Notes: generated by a model not told the origin, from the letters alone. Positions 8,252 through 17,537 are shown, counted from the stretch's first letter. The stretch is 32,000 bases of DNA from Telmatocola sphagniphila (GCF_018398935.1 NZ_CP074694.1:2580001-2612000); one strand, 5' to 3'. Numbers and translations are program-made.

Positions 8252-10543
8252 TTACGGGGAATTCAGTTCGGCCACCACCATGGAATGAATCATCAACTTG
8301 GGCACGATGACCGATACTCCCTCAGCTGTTTCCAGCTTCTCTAACTCGATTCCCTCGGGCTCCAGCCGAATCTTGCCGAGTTTGTAATCTTTCCGGAAGC
8401 GAACCTCAATATCGTGGATAGGTAGCACCTCTTCTCTTAGCGGCACATCGTCATTCGGGAAGGCTTTACCCCCGGTCGTGTTGACATCGTTGTAAAGGTG
8501 AACGATCAGCCGATTCTGCATCGGATGGGTCTGCCGCATCACTGTGGACTGAACGCAAAGGGGAGCTTTCACCACCACCGGCTGAGCAATTTGCCCAGCA
8601 GCCCAGCGAATCGCATTTCCCAAAAGCAAACGTTGATAGGGATAGGAATAAAGATAGTATCCCGCGTCGATTCCCGCCGGGAAGTAGACCACTCTCCCCT
8701 TCCCATATTCGCGGCTGATAATTGCAGGGAACGGCTCGGGCCGGGGATCGTCTTTGACTTGTAAAGTTGCCAGAATTTTCGTACCCGAGTGCGGCTTCAC
8801 CCGCACGGCCGGGCCTTTGAAGGTCACCGGTTCGTTATCCAGATATTGCGTCAGCTGCCCCGACATCAGCCAGGAATCCAGAATTCGAAAATCGAAGATA
8901 TTTTTGCGTTTTTCCCAATAATCCGACCCGATGCCTTGAGCGAAATTGACATCCAGCTCAACCTTGGGGGCTTTAGATGTTGGAAGCCCCAGATAATCCA
9001 CTCCCAGTAAATTACCCAGAGCAAACCTGGCTCGCGGATCGCCATATTCATCGAAGAGGGAAGTATCCAGACTCGCGACGAGCCCGCCCCCCTGCTTCAC
9101 ATATTCGTCCAAAGCCTTCACCTGCTTGTCATCCAAACTCGCCGTATTGGGCAGTATCACCACGGCGTATTTCTTCAATTCTTCCAGAGTGAGATTCCAG
9201 TCGTTAACGACTGTTGTCGGCAGATGCTCTTCCAGCGTGGCCCGAAAGGTTCCAAAGACACTCGACATATAGCGTTCTTCCACCCGGCCTGCCTGCCGTC
9301 CGTAGAAAGTCCGAGTGTTGTCGCTCATGATGAGGGCCGCCCAGGGCTCCGGCGATTTATGAGTCAGCCAGGGCTTGCGCTTCTGTACCTCATCGAGACA
9401 ACGATCCACTTCAGCCCGCAATCGCTTCGGCTGGCCCACCGCGATGCTCGGCCCAGCGCCGTGCGTCAAAGCCAGCATCATGCGTCGTTCAATTTCATGT
9501 CCCGGAAAACTATCTTTCCCGTACGGATTGCCATGACTCATCAAATAGGGTTCGCTGAAGGCCACGCGATGATTGGTCACGGCCCAGGCATAAGCGTTGG
9601 CAAAGGCCGGCACCACAGTGAGGCCGCGATTGCTTTCATCGGCCCAGAATTCCTGATCGGGAGCGTCGAATAGCAAATTCATGCGCGTCGACATGTTGCG
9701 CGGCAGACTGAGAAAATGGCCGTAGCGACCGGCGTTTGTCGTCCAGGTGACTAAAGCCACCTCGGGCTTAATGGACTTCAGTCTTTGTTGGGCTTTCGCG
9801 ACAACCGCTTCGAGTTTGCGATCGACCCAGTGTTGGTACCGACGAAAGTCCGGATCGTTCAGATCGGGCTTCGGGGGCAGTGGCTTACCGGTATCTGCGA
9901 GGTAGTTTTTACGACAGTGTTCGCAGTAGCAGAAGCCGCCGTGATGCAGACCATCGAAGCTGAAAGCATCGACTTCGGGATGTTTCTCCAAAATCTCGGC
10001 GAGAACATCGATAAAGAAATCGCCGTACGGCCCGAGCAGGCAAAGCATGCCGCCATAGGGGGCCGCTTTCATATCGACCTGAGGAATGGTCCTCGTATCG
10101 GAAGTGATTCGCCGCCAGTCGGGGTGTTTTTCATAGACTTCGCCCTGCAAGGTCGGCGGATAGACCCCGAGAATGCGGATTCCCAGCTTCTTATACTCCG
10201 CAATCTCATTTTGGATGCGGTCCAGCGGCACGTGAGGACTGCGTTTGAGAAGCAATTTGCTGTCGTAATAAGGATAAAAAGGATCGACAAAATTCATCTC
10301 GCTAATCGTGACGCCGTGACGGACGGCAGCCGTTCGACCGGTGGTGTCCATGCCAGAGAGGGTGTAGCCGACGCCGGTAGTCCCTTGCACCCAATCGGGA
10401 ATTTTAATCGGTCGAAAAGGAGTTTTGTCGAAGGGTTGATGGGGCAATGGCGATTCAAAATAGTTGTTCTCCGGTTTCTCTGCAAGAAGGGGGAGGCCCA
10501 GCACCAGAGCCAGGAGGAAAGTCAGAGGAATTTTGAAACCCAT
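8252..10543 (-). CDS. secreted GH42-like glycoside hydrolase (TIM-barrel part with CxCxxC motif plus beta-galactosidase-trimerisation-like domain)
   Basis: 763-aa ORF with ATG 10543 and GGAG upstream. It has a signal peptide (MGFKIPLTFLLALVLGLPLLA). FSFDGLHHGGFCYCEHCRKNY resembles the Zn-Cys cluster region of GH42. AVVILPNTASLDDKQVKALDEYVKQGGGLVAS resembles the GATase-like trimerisation domain. The specific substrate is unknown. Confidence 0.75.
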   Translation of the reverse strand: MGFKIPLTFLLALVLGLPLLAEKPENNYFESPLPHQPFDKTPFRPIKIPDWVQGTTGVGYTLSGMDTTGRTAAVRHGVTISEMNFVDPFYPYYDSKLLLKRSPHVPLDRIQNEIAEYKKLGIRILGVYPPTLQGEVYEKHPDWRRITSDTRTIPQVDMKAAPYGGMLCLLGPYGDFFIDVLAEILEKHPEVDAFSFDGLHHGGFCYCEHCRKNYLADTGKPLPPKPDLNDPDFRRYQHWVDRKLEAVVAKAQQRLKSIKPEVALVTWTTNAGRYGHFLSLPRNMSTRMNLLFDAPDQEFWADESNRGLTVVPAFANAYAWAVTNHRVAFSEPYLMSHGNPYGKDSFPGHEIERRMMLALTHGAGPSIAVGQPKRLRAEVDRCLDEVQKRKPWLTHKSPEPWAALIMSDNTRTFYGRQAGRVEERYMSSVFGTFRATLEEHLPTTVVNDWNLTLEELKKYAVVILPNTASLDDKQVKALDEYVKQGGGLVASLDTSLFDEYGDPRARFALGNLLGVDYLGLPTSKAPKVELDVNFAQGIGSDYWEKRKNIFDFRILDSWLMSGQLTQYLDNEPVTFKGPAVRVKPHSGTKILATLQVKDDPRPEPFPAIISREYGKGRVVYFPAGIDAGYYLYSYPYQRLLLGNAIRWAAGQIAQPVVVKAPLCVQSTVMRQTHPMQNRLIVHLYNDVNTTGGKAFPNDDVPLREEVLPIHDIEVRFRKDYKLGKIRLEPEGIELEKLETAEGVSVIVPKLMIHSMVVAELNSP

Positions 10544-10640
10544 AGAGGCTCCGGAGTGCGATTTCTACGGACGATATCCCCTGATACTAGCATTAATGCA
10601 AAGGAACTCCTGCAAATTAATTTCGCTTGGTAGAACTTTC

Positions 10641-11180
10641 TCATAGCCCCTTCAGCCCATCGATACTCGAATGGTTTTTCTGAGCTTGATACGCTCGAAT
10701 CCCTTCCTCCCCTTTGGTTTTCGCCCAGTCGGTCAACTGCGTCCGTTCGTCGATATATTCAAAACGCGGCACACCGAAGCCACAGGAATCGGCTATCCTT
10801 TCGATATCGAGAACTATAACTGCCCGCGCACTGGGATAATTGGGAAACCCGGCAATTAGCGCGATCCCTTCCGCACTCGATGGGAGAACTGCCCGGCCCC
10901 GGCCATAGAGCCTCAAAATTCGCGGACGGCCTTCGAACGCACAGAACATGATTGTCAGACGCCCGTTTTCCTGAAGATGTGCGATAGTCTCCACGCCGCT
11001 GCCGGTGAGATCGAGATAGGCCACCTGGGTAGGCCCCAGCACGCGAAAACTATCGAGCCCCTTCGGCGACAAATTGACATGCCCTTCCGCTGATAACGGG
11101 GCCGTCGCGACGAAAAACAGATGTTGCTTCGCAATGAAGCTATGCAGATCGTCGTCAATCGAAGTAAAAAGTTTCCCCAT
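10641..11180 (-). CDS. pyridoxamine 5'-phosphate oxidase family (FMN-binding split-barrel) protein
   Basis: The sequence ...FIAKQHLFFVATAPLSAEGHVNLSPKG...VAYLDLTGSGVETIAHLQENGRLTIMFCAFEGRPRILRLYGRG... is typical of PNPOx-like proteins of ~180 aa. The tracked start 11195 is GTG; ATG 11180 (MGKLF...) is preferred. Confidence 0.85.
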   Translation of the reverse strand: MGKLFTSIDDDLHSFIAKQHLFFVATAPLSAEGHVNLSPKGLDSFRVLGPTQVAYLDLTGSGVETIAHLQENGRLTIMFCAFEGRPRILRLYGRGRAVLPSSAEGIALIAGFPNYPSARAVIVLDIERIADSCGFGVPRFEYIDERTQLTDWAKTKGEEGIRAYQAQKNHSSIDGLKGL

Positions 11181-11330
11181 GTCGCATTCCTTCACGGAAA
11201 CATCGAAAAATCCCCAGGGTTAAAATAGCGGCCGCGATCCTTTTCGGCTTGGTAGCAGGAATACTGCTCGGCTATGATCAAGTGATTGAGCGTGGATAAG
11301 TTCACGATTTTTTTTTGGCAGTAATCACCC

Positions 11331-11534
11331 ATGAACTTGCCGACTTCTCCTCAGCCCTCGCATCTAACGGTCATTGATCTGATCTTTAACTACGCCCTAT
11401 TCTGCGGTGTCGGTTACCTGATCTGGGGTAAGTATGGAGCACTCGGGGGTTTCGGCATCATATCAGCCCGTTACGTACAACTTATCTGGATAGCCAGCCT
11501 GCCGGAGAATTCGCGGTCGTTAGATAGGCCGTGA
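11331..11534 (+). CDS. possible small membrane protein (hypothetical)
   Basis: 67-aa ORF with an ATG start and one hydrophobic stretch (LIFNYALFCGVGYLIWGKYGALGGFGII). There is no other support. Confidence 0.3.
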   Translation: MNLPTSPQPSHLTVIDLIFNYALFCGVGYLIWGKYGALGGFGIISARYVQLIWIASLPENSRSLDRP

Positions 11535-11824
11535 CAATCCTGTCTGCCGGGGATGGACCTCCGCAGTAGCGTTTCACTTACGAATATCACGTTATCATTC
11601 TCCGCGCCCCGATGCGGTTCAATGATCCCAGGAACACGTTCAGCCCTTTTTACTCCCCTCATCGACCTCCGCTATCAGATTGCGTTTGTGAATGGGAATT
11701 TCTGATCGGCTCAATTTGAAGGTTTGTTGACTTTGAAAACGGACATCTTATATCCCGCTATCATTTATAGTTTCAAGTGGCCTAATCTTTTTATCCGTGT
11801 TGAGATATCCCCTGGAAACAATCT

Positions 11825-12175
11825 TCACGAAACGTTCTTTTTCGGCTGAGGGAGTGTCCCTTTGATTCCATAATTCAGACTTCCCCAGTCGCACAACTGC
11901 TGCATCAGAGGAATAAGTGCCCGGCCTTCCTCGGAGAGTGAATAATCCACTCGCAGCGGTTTCAATTCTCGCACGGTACGGACAATGATTTTGTCCGATT
12001 CGAGTTGTTTTAATTGCTCGATCAGCACTTTTTCCGAAACGTCCTTTAGCTTACGCCGGAGTCGAGCGAAGCCATAGTCCTCGAAAGACAGATACCAGAC
12101 GATTCGAACTTTCCACTTCCCGGCAATCGCATTAATTGTCGCTTGCACGGGGCAGTTGAAGTGCGGTTTACGCAT
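11825..12175 (-). CDS. HxlR-family winged-helix transcriptional regulator
   Basis: CPVQATINAIAGKWKVRIVWYL...LRRKLKDVSEKVLIEQLKQLESDKIIVR...VDYSLSEEGRALIPLMQQLCDWG is the canonical HxlR pattern. The tracked start 12223 is TTG; ATG 12175 (MRKPHFNCPV) gives the usual length. Confidence 0.9.
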   Translation of the reverse strand: MRKPHFNCPVQATINAIAGKWKVRIVWYLSFEDYGFARLRRKLKDVSEKVLIEQLKQLESDKIIVRTVRELKPLRVDYSLSEEGRALIPLMQQLCDWGSLNYGIKGTLPQPKKNVS

Positions 12176-12224
12176 CGATAGGGACCTTACAAAAAAGTGC
12201 GTTATTGTCTGAATATTTTCCAAC

Positions 12225-12241
12225 TGCTATTTTTCATAGCA
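12225..12241. promoter_or_regulatory. candidate operator: perfect palindrome TGCTAT-N5-ATAGCA in the HxlR / NmrA-like divergent intergenic region
   Basis: TGCTATttttcATAGCA, with 6-bp perfect arms, lies between the divergent starts at 12175(-) and 12279(+). HxlR regulators typically bind palindromes between themselves and a divergent oxidoreductase gene. There is no direct evidence for binding here. Confidence 0.25.
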
Positions 12242-12278
12242 AGTAATAGGATCCGAAAATCCAAAGGAAAGGTCCAAC

Positions 12279-13142
12279 ATGATTCTCTTTTCAGGCGCAA
12301 CCGGGTTAGTGGGTGGGGCTGTTGTGCAGGAATTGCTTCAACTCAAGACGAAAAACGTTCGTGCTTTATGCCGAAACAGCAAAGATGCCTCCAAAATTCC
12401 CACTGGCGCCGAAGTGGTTTACGGAGATTTTTCAGATCTTGAAAGTTTGGAAAAGGCTCTTTCCGGAATCGATTCCGCCTATCTGGTCTGTGCCGCTATA
12501 CCCGATTTAGTTGAGCTGGAATCCAATTTCCTTCAAGCTTGCAAGAAGCTAGGCACCAGACATGTCGTAATTCAATCGGCACTGGGTGCAGCGGATTTTC
12601 CCAAATCATTTCCCTCCTGGCATCGCCAAGTCGAGGATATAGCCAGAACCTTGAAAGTACCTCATACGATTCTTCGGCCCAATGGTTTCTTGCAAAATAT
12701 TGGCACTTACTTCGCTCCGAGTATTCGGACCCAGGATTGTTTCTACGGCATGATCGGGGAATCCCGAATCAGTCTGGTCGATATTCGCGATATTGCTCTC
12801 GCCGCGGCCCTGTTGTTATCTCTTGGTTCCCCACGGAATCAGATTTTCGAACTGTTCGGACCAGAAGCACTCTCCAACCAGGAGATTGCTCAACGGATTT
12901 CGAATGTGACCGGCCGGAACGTGACTTACATAAACCTGAGCGAAGAACAAATCCTTCAAGGCATGGTGGGAGCCGGGATCCCCGGATGGCGTGCCCGGGC
13001 AATTGCCGAACTCGACGAATATTACCTTTCGGGTAAAGGCGCGGGATCGGACGATGTTCTTCAAAAACTGATCGGCCGATCACCACGGACTCTGGATGCT
13101 TACCTCGCTGAAAATGTCTCCGTTTTCGATCAACCCAAATGA
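12279..13142 (+). CDS. NmrA-like / atypical SDR NAD(P)H-binding oxidoreductase
   Basis: N-terminal Rossmann motif MILFSGATGLVGGAVVQELL. It is 287 aa long and has an AAAGGAAAGG ribosome-binding-like site upstream of ATG 12279. It is divergent from the HxlR regulator, a classic pairing. Confidence 0.9.
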   Translation: MILFSGATGLVGGAVVQELLQLKTKNVRALCRNSKDASKIPTGAEVVYGDFSDLESLEKALSGIDSAYLVCAAIPDLVELESNFLQACKKLGTRHVVIQSALGAADFPKSFPSWHRQVEDIARTLKVPHTILRPNGFLQNIGTYFAPSIRTQDCFYGMIGESRISLVDIRDIALAAALLLSLGSPRNQIFELFGPEALSNQEIAQRISNVTGRNVTYINLSEEQILQGMVGAGIPGWRARAIAELDEYYLSGKGAGSDDVLQKLIGRSPRTLDAYLAENVSVFDQPK

Positions 13143-13151
13143 GGCACTCCC

Positions 13152-13547
13152 ATGAATTCGATAACCGGGTTTACGCTCGAGGAAATGAAGCAATTCGTTC
13201 GGGATCATTTCGAGCAATTCGTTAATCAGAAAAATATCGCCATTGGCAAAGTCAACTTCGCTGCGGATTTTGTGGATCATGGAGCGGGTGTTCCAGTCGG
13301 TTTGCCGCCCGGTCCGGAAGGGGCGATGCAATATGTCGCCGGCGCGCTCCGAAAATTCCCCGATATGAGAGTGACCATTGAAGATCTTATCACCGAAGCC
13401 GATAAAGTGGTTGTCCGCAACCGCTGGACGGCCACCGACCCAAACACTAATCAGAAATTCGCTTTTCGAGGAATTGTCATCTGGCGGATTTCCAACCGAC
13501 AACTGGCCGAGCGCTGGGCCTTTCTCGAACCAGCGAAAGCGGTTTAA
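13152..13547 (+). CDS. SnoaL-like ester cyclase (NTF2-fold) protein
   Basis: 131 aa. ...FAADFVDHGAG...GPEGAMQYVAGALRKFPDMRVTIEDLITEADKVVVRNRWTATD...FRGIVIWRISNRQLAERWAFLE matches the ester-cyclase/SnoaL pattern. It starts 10 nt after the NmrA-like gene, so the two are probably co-transcribed. Confidence 0.85.
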   Translation: MNSITGFTLEEMKQFVRDHFEQFVNQKNIAIGKVNFAADFVDHGAGVPVGLPPGPEGAMQYVAGALRKFPDMRVTIEDLITEADKVVVRNRWTATDPNTNQKFAFRGIVIWRISNRQLAERWAFLEPAKAV

Positions 13548-13743
13548 GTTGAACGCAAAAGAAGAATCCAATCTCACTGACATTGCCTTCTAGAGAACCC
13601 CGGCCCCGCTTTCGCTAAAAAAACGTCTCTATTCCCATTGAAGAAGCAGATCGCCGACTAAAACCCGCACAATTCGATTGCTGAATTCCACTTTTATTTA
13701 AATAAGTGAGCGCGCCCAGCCCTGATTTTGCACATTACTCTAT

Positions 13744-16700
13744 ATGAAAAGGTCGCTACCCTCTGATCCCGAAGTACGCAGTCGTAAAAATCCGACTTCC
13801 AGTACACTTCAGCAAGCCATTCAAAAATTGGCTCCGGTCACGGATGCCAAACTCTTGGGTCGTTTTGTTGAAGAGGCGGACGCCACCGCTTTCGAAGAAA
13901 TCGTTCGTCGTTACGGCCCGATGGTCATGGGTGTTGCACGGCGCGCTCGCCTACAAAATCAAGATCAAGAAGATGTCTTTCAAGCGACTTTCTGGCTTTT
14001 GTCGCGCGATGGTCGCAAGATTCGCGAACGGGATCGACTGGCCGGTTGGCTGTATCAGGTGGCCCGCCGGATGTCCAAAAAATGCATACGATCCTACAAC
14101 AATAACCTGCTCGAAGCGGTTGCGGATCCGAGGACCGAAAATGATCCCGCTATTTCTGCTGGTTGGCGGGAATTCGCAGATGTGCTCGATGCGGAAATTC
14201 TGCGCTTGCCCACCGAACTCCGTTCGCCTCTGGTGATTTGCCTGCTGGAAGGAGCTACTCAAGAGCAGGCGGCCCAACGCTTGGGATGTTCTTATACCAC
14301 GCTCCGTCGTCGTTTCGATCGCGGCCGAAGTCTGCTTCGACTTCGCTTGGAAAAACGGGGGGTCGGCCCTTTGGCCATTGCCGTGCTGGCCCTTCCGCCA
14401 TCCCTGGCGCTTGGATCTGTGCCCCCGAGTCTTCTGCAATCCGTCTTTTTATTTGCATCGAAATCAACAAGCATCGCCCAAATCCCCGCTTCTGTCACGG
14501 CCCTCGTCTCCGTTAAGGTGATCAGCATGAAAACCGCTATTTTTGCAAGCCTATTCGCTCTAGGTATCAGCCTCTTTGCTTACTCTGTGACACCGGCCAG
14601 TTCTGCAGCCGCAAATGCATCTCCTGATACTGCGATCGAGTCGAACGAATCCGATCATAATCAGGAGGCGAAAAAAGAGAATCCCAAGCCCGGAACAAGT
14701 GAAATGACCTTCAAAGTTCTGGATGAATCTGGCAAGCCTCTCGCGGGAGCGGAACTCGAATTCAGCGTCTGGGCGGGTGAAGGAGAAAAAATTCCGAAAT
14801 GTAAAACGAATAGTGATGGCGTGGCTGTGATTCGAAGGCCAAACGAAATACAAACTCTTCGGGTCTGGTGCTCTGCTACTGGGTATGCAACGCTGTTTAG
14901 AGGCTGGGAAACGGGGACCACGGATCAAAATAACCCGCTGCCAGAAACATTCACATTTCCGATGAAAAAAGGAATTTCTATAGGTGGGAGAGTAGTTGAT
15001 CCAAAGGAAAACGGAATCGCTAATGTTCGAATAGAAGCGATCTGCGAGAAATATGCACCTCACAAATTTCCGAATAATACTCATTACGGCAATTCCTTAT
15101 CTTTAGTGAATAATGGCGTGCAGACAGACAAGGACGGCCATTGGAGCATCGATACTGTTCCTGAACCAGTGGAGGAAATCAGTCTTCGATTCCATAGTGA
15201 GGATTTCGCTTCGGATCTCTCCCTACCTTTCAGCATAATTCAAAAAGATCAAAATATCACGTTGAGTCAACTCAAGTCGAAAACCGCAGTGGCAAAGTTG
15301 AATTACGGATCTCGATTGCACGGCTTGATCACCGATCCCCAGGGTAAGCCGATCCCAAAAGCAGTGGTCATATTTCATGAAAACCCCTTTATGAACACGG
15401 GAACTCAGGTCGTTGCCGACGAAAATGGCAAATACAAAATGCCGGCTCTTCGGGAAGGAACGGAATCAATTACAGTTGTGGCCCCAGGATATTCTCCGCT
15501 ACTTAAAAACGTAAAAATGTTGCGCGGTCTGCAAGAGCAGAATTTCCAACTGGAAGTCGGTCATCCCCTGCGCTTGAAGGTAATCGATGAGGCAGGCCAT
15601 CCGGTCAAAGTTCACTTTGTACTCCAAGAATGGCGATCAAGAAGATCCCTTTATACAAGTCGTCTTCCAGACATGATTGACTTGCAAATCCCACGCTTTT
15701 CAAATGCGGAGGGAATATACGAATGGCTATGGGCACCTGCGGACGAAGTCAAATTCGAAATCATTGCGGAGAAGGAAATATTTCAAAGGCAAAGGATCGC
15801 CGTAAAAGCGGATGAGCCGCTGAAAACCATAGTCATGAAAAAACCGGCGTTTTTATCTGGAAATGTAAAGGATGCAGTAACTGGTAAACCGATTCCTAAA
15901 TTTCGGGTTTATCAGATAATCGAATTTTCTTCCGGATGGCTGTATTTGGAAAGAAATCAAAATTTTGTAACAGGAGAAAACGGCCGGTTCAAAATTCCGC
16001 TACAGAGGCCTGTAGACGACTTAAGAGTATTAATTGAAGCAGAGGGTTACCGGAGCACGGTCAGCAAACATTCCCTAATAAAAAATCATATACGCGAACA
16101 GGACTTCGCTTTAGAACCAGCCCTCTCAATTAAAGGGCGCATACTGGATGCGGAGGGCCTGCCTCTTAAGGAAGCGATGGTATCTGTAGCAAATAGCTTC
16201 CAAGGATTCGAATTTCAACGAACAAAAAACAATTCCACCTACAAAACAGATGAGCGGGGATACTTCCAACTTCCAGCCCAACCGGAAGACTACACTTTGA
16301 TCGTTTCGCATGCGTCGGGATTCAAAAGATTGGATTGTCGCAAAAGCGAAAGTAATCTTAGAGATATCACCGTGGAAAAATGGGTGACGATTCGAGGAAA
16401 AGTTTGGCAGGACGGCAAAACAATCCCGAATCAATGGATCGAACTCTTTCCAATACCTGGGGGAGAGTATGACAAGCACCACATCAGACTAAATCAGGGC
16501 ACTCAAACCAATGAAAAGGGGGAATTCGAGCTGACTCAGGTGCCCGCGGAACCGCTTTGTATTGAGACCAGACTCAATGTTTGGCTGCAATCAGTGTTAT
16601 CGAGCAGCGAGACTCGTCCCTTGAATCCTGTTCCTGGCGAAAAAATTTATCTGGACTTGAATAAGAACGGAGTCAAATTAACTGGTAATATCCATCTTTC

Positions 16701-17490
16701 AGGCGATCTCTCCAAGCTTTCGGATTTAGAGTATTCTCGATTAACCCTTTATAGACAGACTCCGGACATCAAGCTCCCTAAACCTTGGAATCTCCATCCC
16801 ATAGATTTTTCGAGTAAAATTGCCAACCATCAATTGGAATCCAATAGTAGCTTCGTACACAACGTCTTCGTGCTGAAGCCCAAATTGAATGGTCAGTATC
16901 AAATACACGGCGTGCCACCCGGAGATTATCTGTTTTCTATTCGAGTCAACGAGAAACCCGATGGCAGCTGCTTGGATGCGCCTCTCATTGAAAAACTCGT
17001 TCCCATCACCATCTCCCCCGAGGATGTGACCAAGGGCGAACTGCGACTGCCCGATATCGAAATCAAAGTACCCCAACGACTAGTACCGGGAACAGCCGTT
17101 CCGACAGCGACGTTGAGGGATTCGGACGGGAAGGAGATTTCTCTTAAGCAACACGAGGGCAAGTACCTTCTCCTGCATTGCTGGGCCGGATGGTGCACCG
17201 TGTGCTCCCGCTCCTATCCCGATTTGCAGAAGCTGGCTAGTGATTTTCCCAAGGAGAAGCTGGCCATCGTGGGACTCAATCTCGACACTACTGTTCGAGA
17301 AGGTGTGGAGAGTACCAGCAAAAACAAATTCACCTGGCCGCAGGCTTATCTGGCTGCGGAGGGTGGTGAAAAAGTCATCCAAGATTGGCAAATCACTTCT
17401 ATTCCGCAGTTTCTGTTAGTATCTCCGGAAGGAAAACTCGTTCTTCGCACTTGGTCAATCGAGGAAGTCCTTAAGGTATTGAAGCAGTAG
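13744..17490 (+). CDS. membrane-tethered ECF-type sigma-70 factor fused to a large extracytoplasmic region (multiple carboxypeptidase-regulatory-like beta-sandwich domains) and a C-terminal TlpA-like thioredoxin domain
   Basis: The sigma70 region 2 has EDVFQATFWLL...WLYQVARRMSKK. Region 4 has LPTELRSPLVICLLEGATQEQAAQRLGCSYTTLRRRFDRGRSLLRLRL (nt ~13860-14360). A hydrophobic helix KTAIFASLFALGISLFAYSV lies at nt 14527-14589. At least 5 segments resemble G(R/K)(V/I)xDxxGxP...DxxGxFxxP. The C-terminal redoxin fold has WAGWCTVC (CxxC at 17194-17205) and ...IPQFLLVSPEGKL. There is no in-frame stop anywhere in the 1248 codons. Confidence 0.85.
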   Translation: MKRSLPSDPEVRSRKNPTSSTLQQAIQKLAPVTDAKLLGRFVEEADATAFEEIVRRYGPMVMGVARRARLQNQDQEDVFQATFWLLSRDGRKIRERDRLAGWLYQVARRMSKKCIRSYNNNLLEAVADPRTENDPAISAGWREFADVLDAEILRLPTELRSPLVICLLEGATQEQAAQRLGCSYTTLRRRFDRGRSLLRLRLEKRGVGPLAIAVLALPPSLALGSVPPSLLQSVFLFASKSTSIAQIPASVTALVSVKVISMKTAIFASLFALGISLFAYSVTPASSAAANASPDTAIESNESDHNQEAKKENPKPGTSEMTFKVLDESGKPLAGAELEFSVWAGEGEKIPKCKTNSDGVAVIRRPNEIQTLRVWCSATGYATLFRGWETGTTDQNNPLPETFTFPMKKGISIGGRVVDPKENGIANVRIEAICEKYAPHKFPNNTHYGNSLSLVNNGVQTDKDGHWSIDTVPEPVEEISLRFHSEDFASDLSLPFSIIQKDQNITLSQLKSKTAVAKLNYGSRLHGLITDPQGKPIPKAVVIFHENPFMNTGTQVVADENGKYKMPALREGTESITVVAPGYSPLLKNVKMLRGLQEQNFQLEVGHPLRLKVIDEAGHPVKVHFVLQEWRSRRSLYTSRLPDMIDLQIPRFSNAEGIYEWLWAPADEVKFEIIAEKEIFQRQRIAVKADEPLKTIVMKKPAFLSGNVKDAVTGKPIPKFRVYQIIEFSSGWLYLERNQNFVTGENGRFKIPLQRPVDDLRVLIEAEGYRSTVSKHSLIKNHIREQDFALEPALSIKGRILDAEGLPLKEAMVSVANSFQGFEFQRTKNNSTYKTDERGYFQLPAQPEDYTLIVSHASGFKRLDCRKSESNLRDITVEKWVTIRGKVWQDGKTIPNQWIELFPIPGGEYDKHHIRLNQGTQTNEKGEFELTQVPAEPLCIETRLNVWLQSVLSSSETRPLNPVPGEKIYLDLNKNGVKLTGNIHLSGDLSKLSDLEYSRLTLYRQTPDIKLPKPWNLHPIDFSSKIANHQLESNSSFVHNVFVLKPKLNGQYQIHGVPPGDYLFSIRVNEKPDGSCLDAPLIEKLVPITISPEDVTKGELRLPDIEIKVPQRLVPGTAVPTATLRDSDGKEISLKQHEGKYLLLHCWAGWCTVCSRSYPDLQKLASDFPKEKLAIVGLNLDTTVREGVESTSKNKFTWPQAYLAAEGGEKVIQDWQITSIPQFLLVSPEGKLVLRTWSIEEVLKVLKQ

Positions 17491-17537
17491 TCATCGTGAC
17501 TCCGGTGCTTTCTTCGAACCAATTGCACAACAAAGTT

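Noticed and set aside
9785-10633. 282-aa plus-strand ORF, and several 60-150-aa ORFs (8498-9673), opposite the GH42-like gene.
   Set aside because: They are fully nested antisense to a 763-aa gene with a clear family signature. Their translations are R/F/I-rich with no recognisable motifs.
13080-13583. 167-aa minus-strand ORF overlapping the SnoaL-like gene.
   Set aside because: The plus-strand ORF has a recognisable ester-cyclase pattern and operon context. The minus-strand ORF has neither.
14527-17490. Alternative model: the sigma factor and a separate secreted protein starting at the internal ATG 14527 (MKTAIFASLFALGISLFAYS looks like a signal peptide).
   Set aside because: There is no stop codon between the sigma domain and this Met, so the sequence as given encodes a fusion. 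The segment just before it (…IPASVTALVSVKVISM…) resembles the conserved pre-TM linker of planctomycete long ECFs. Internal initiation remains experimentally testable.
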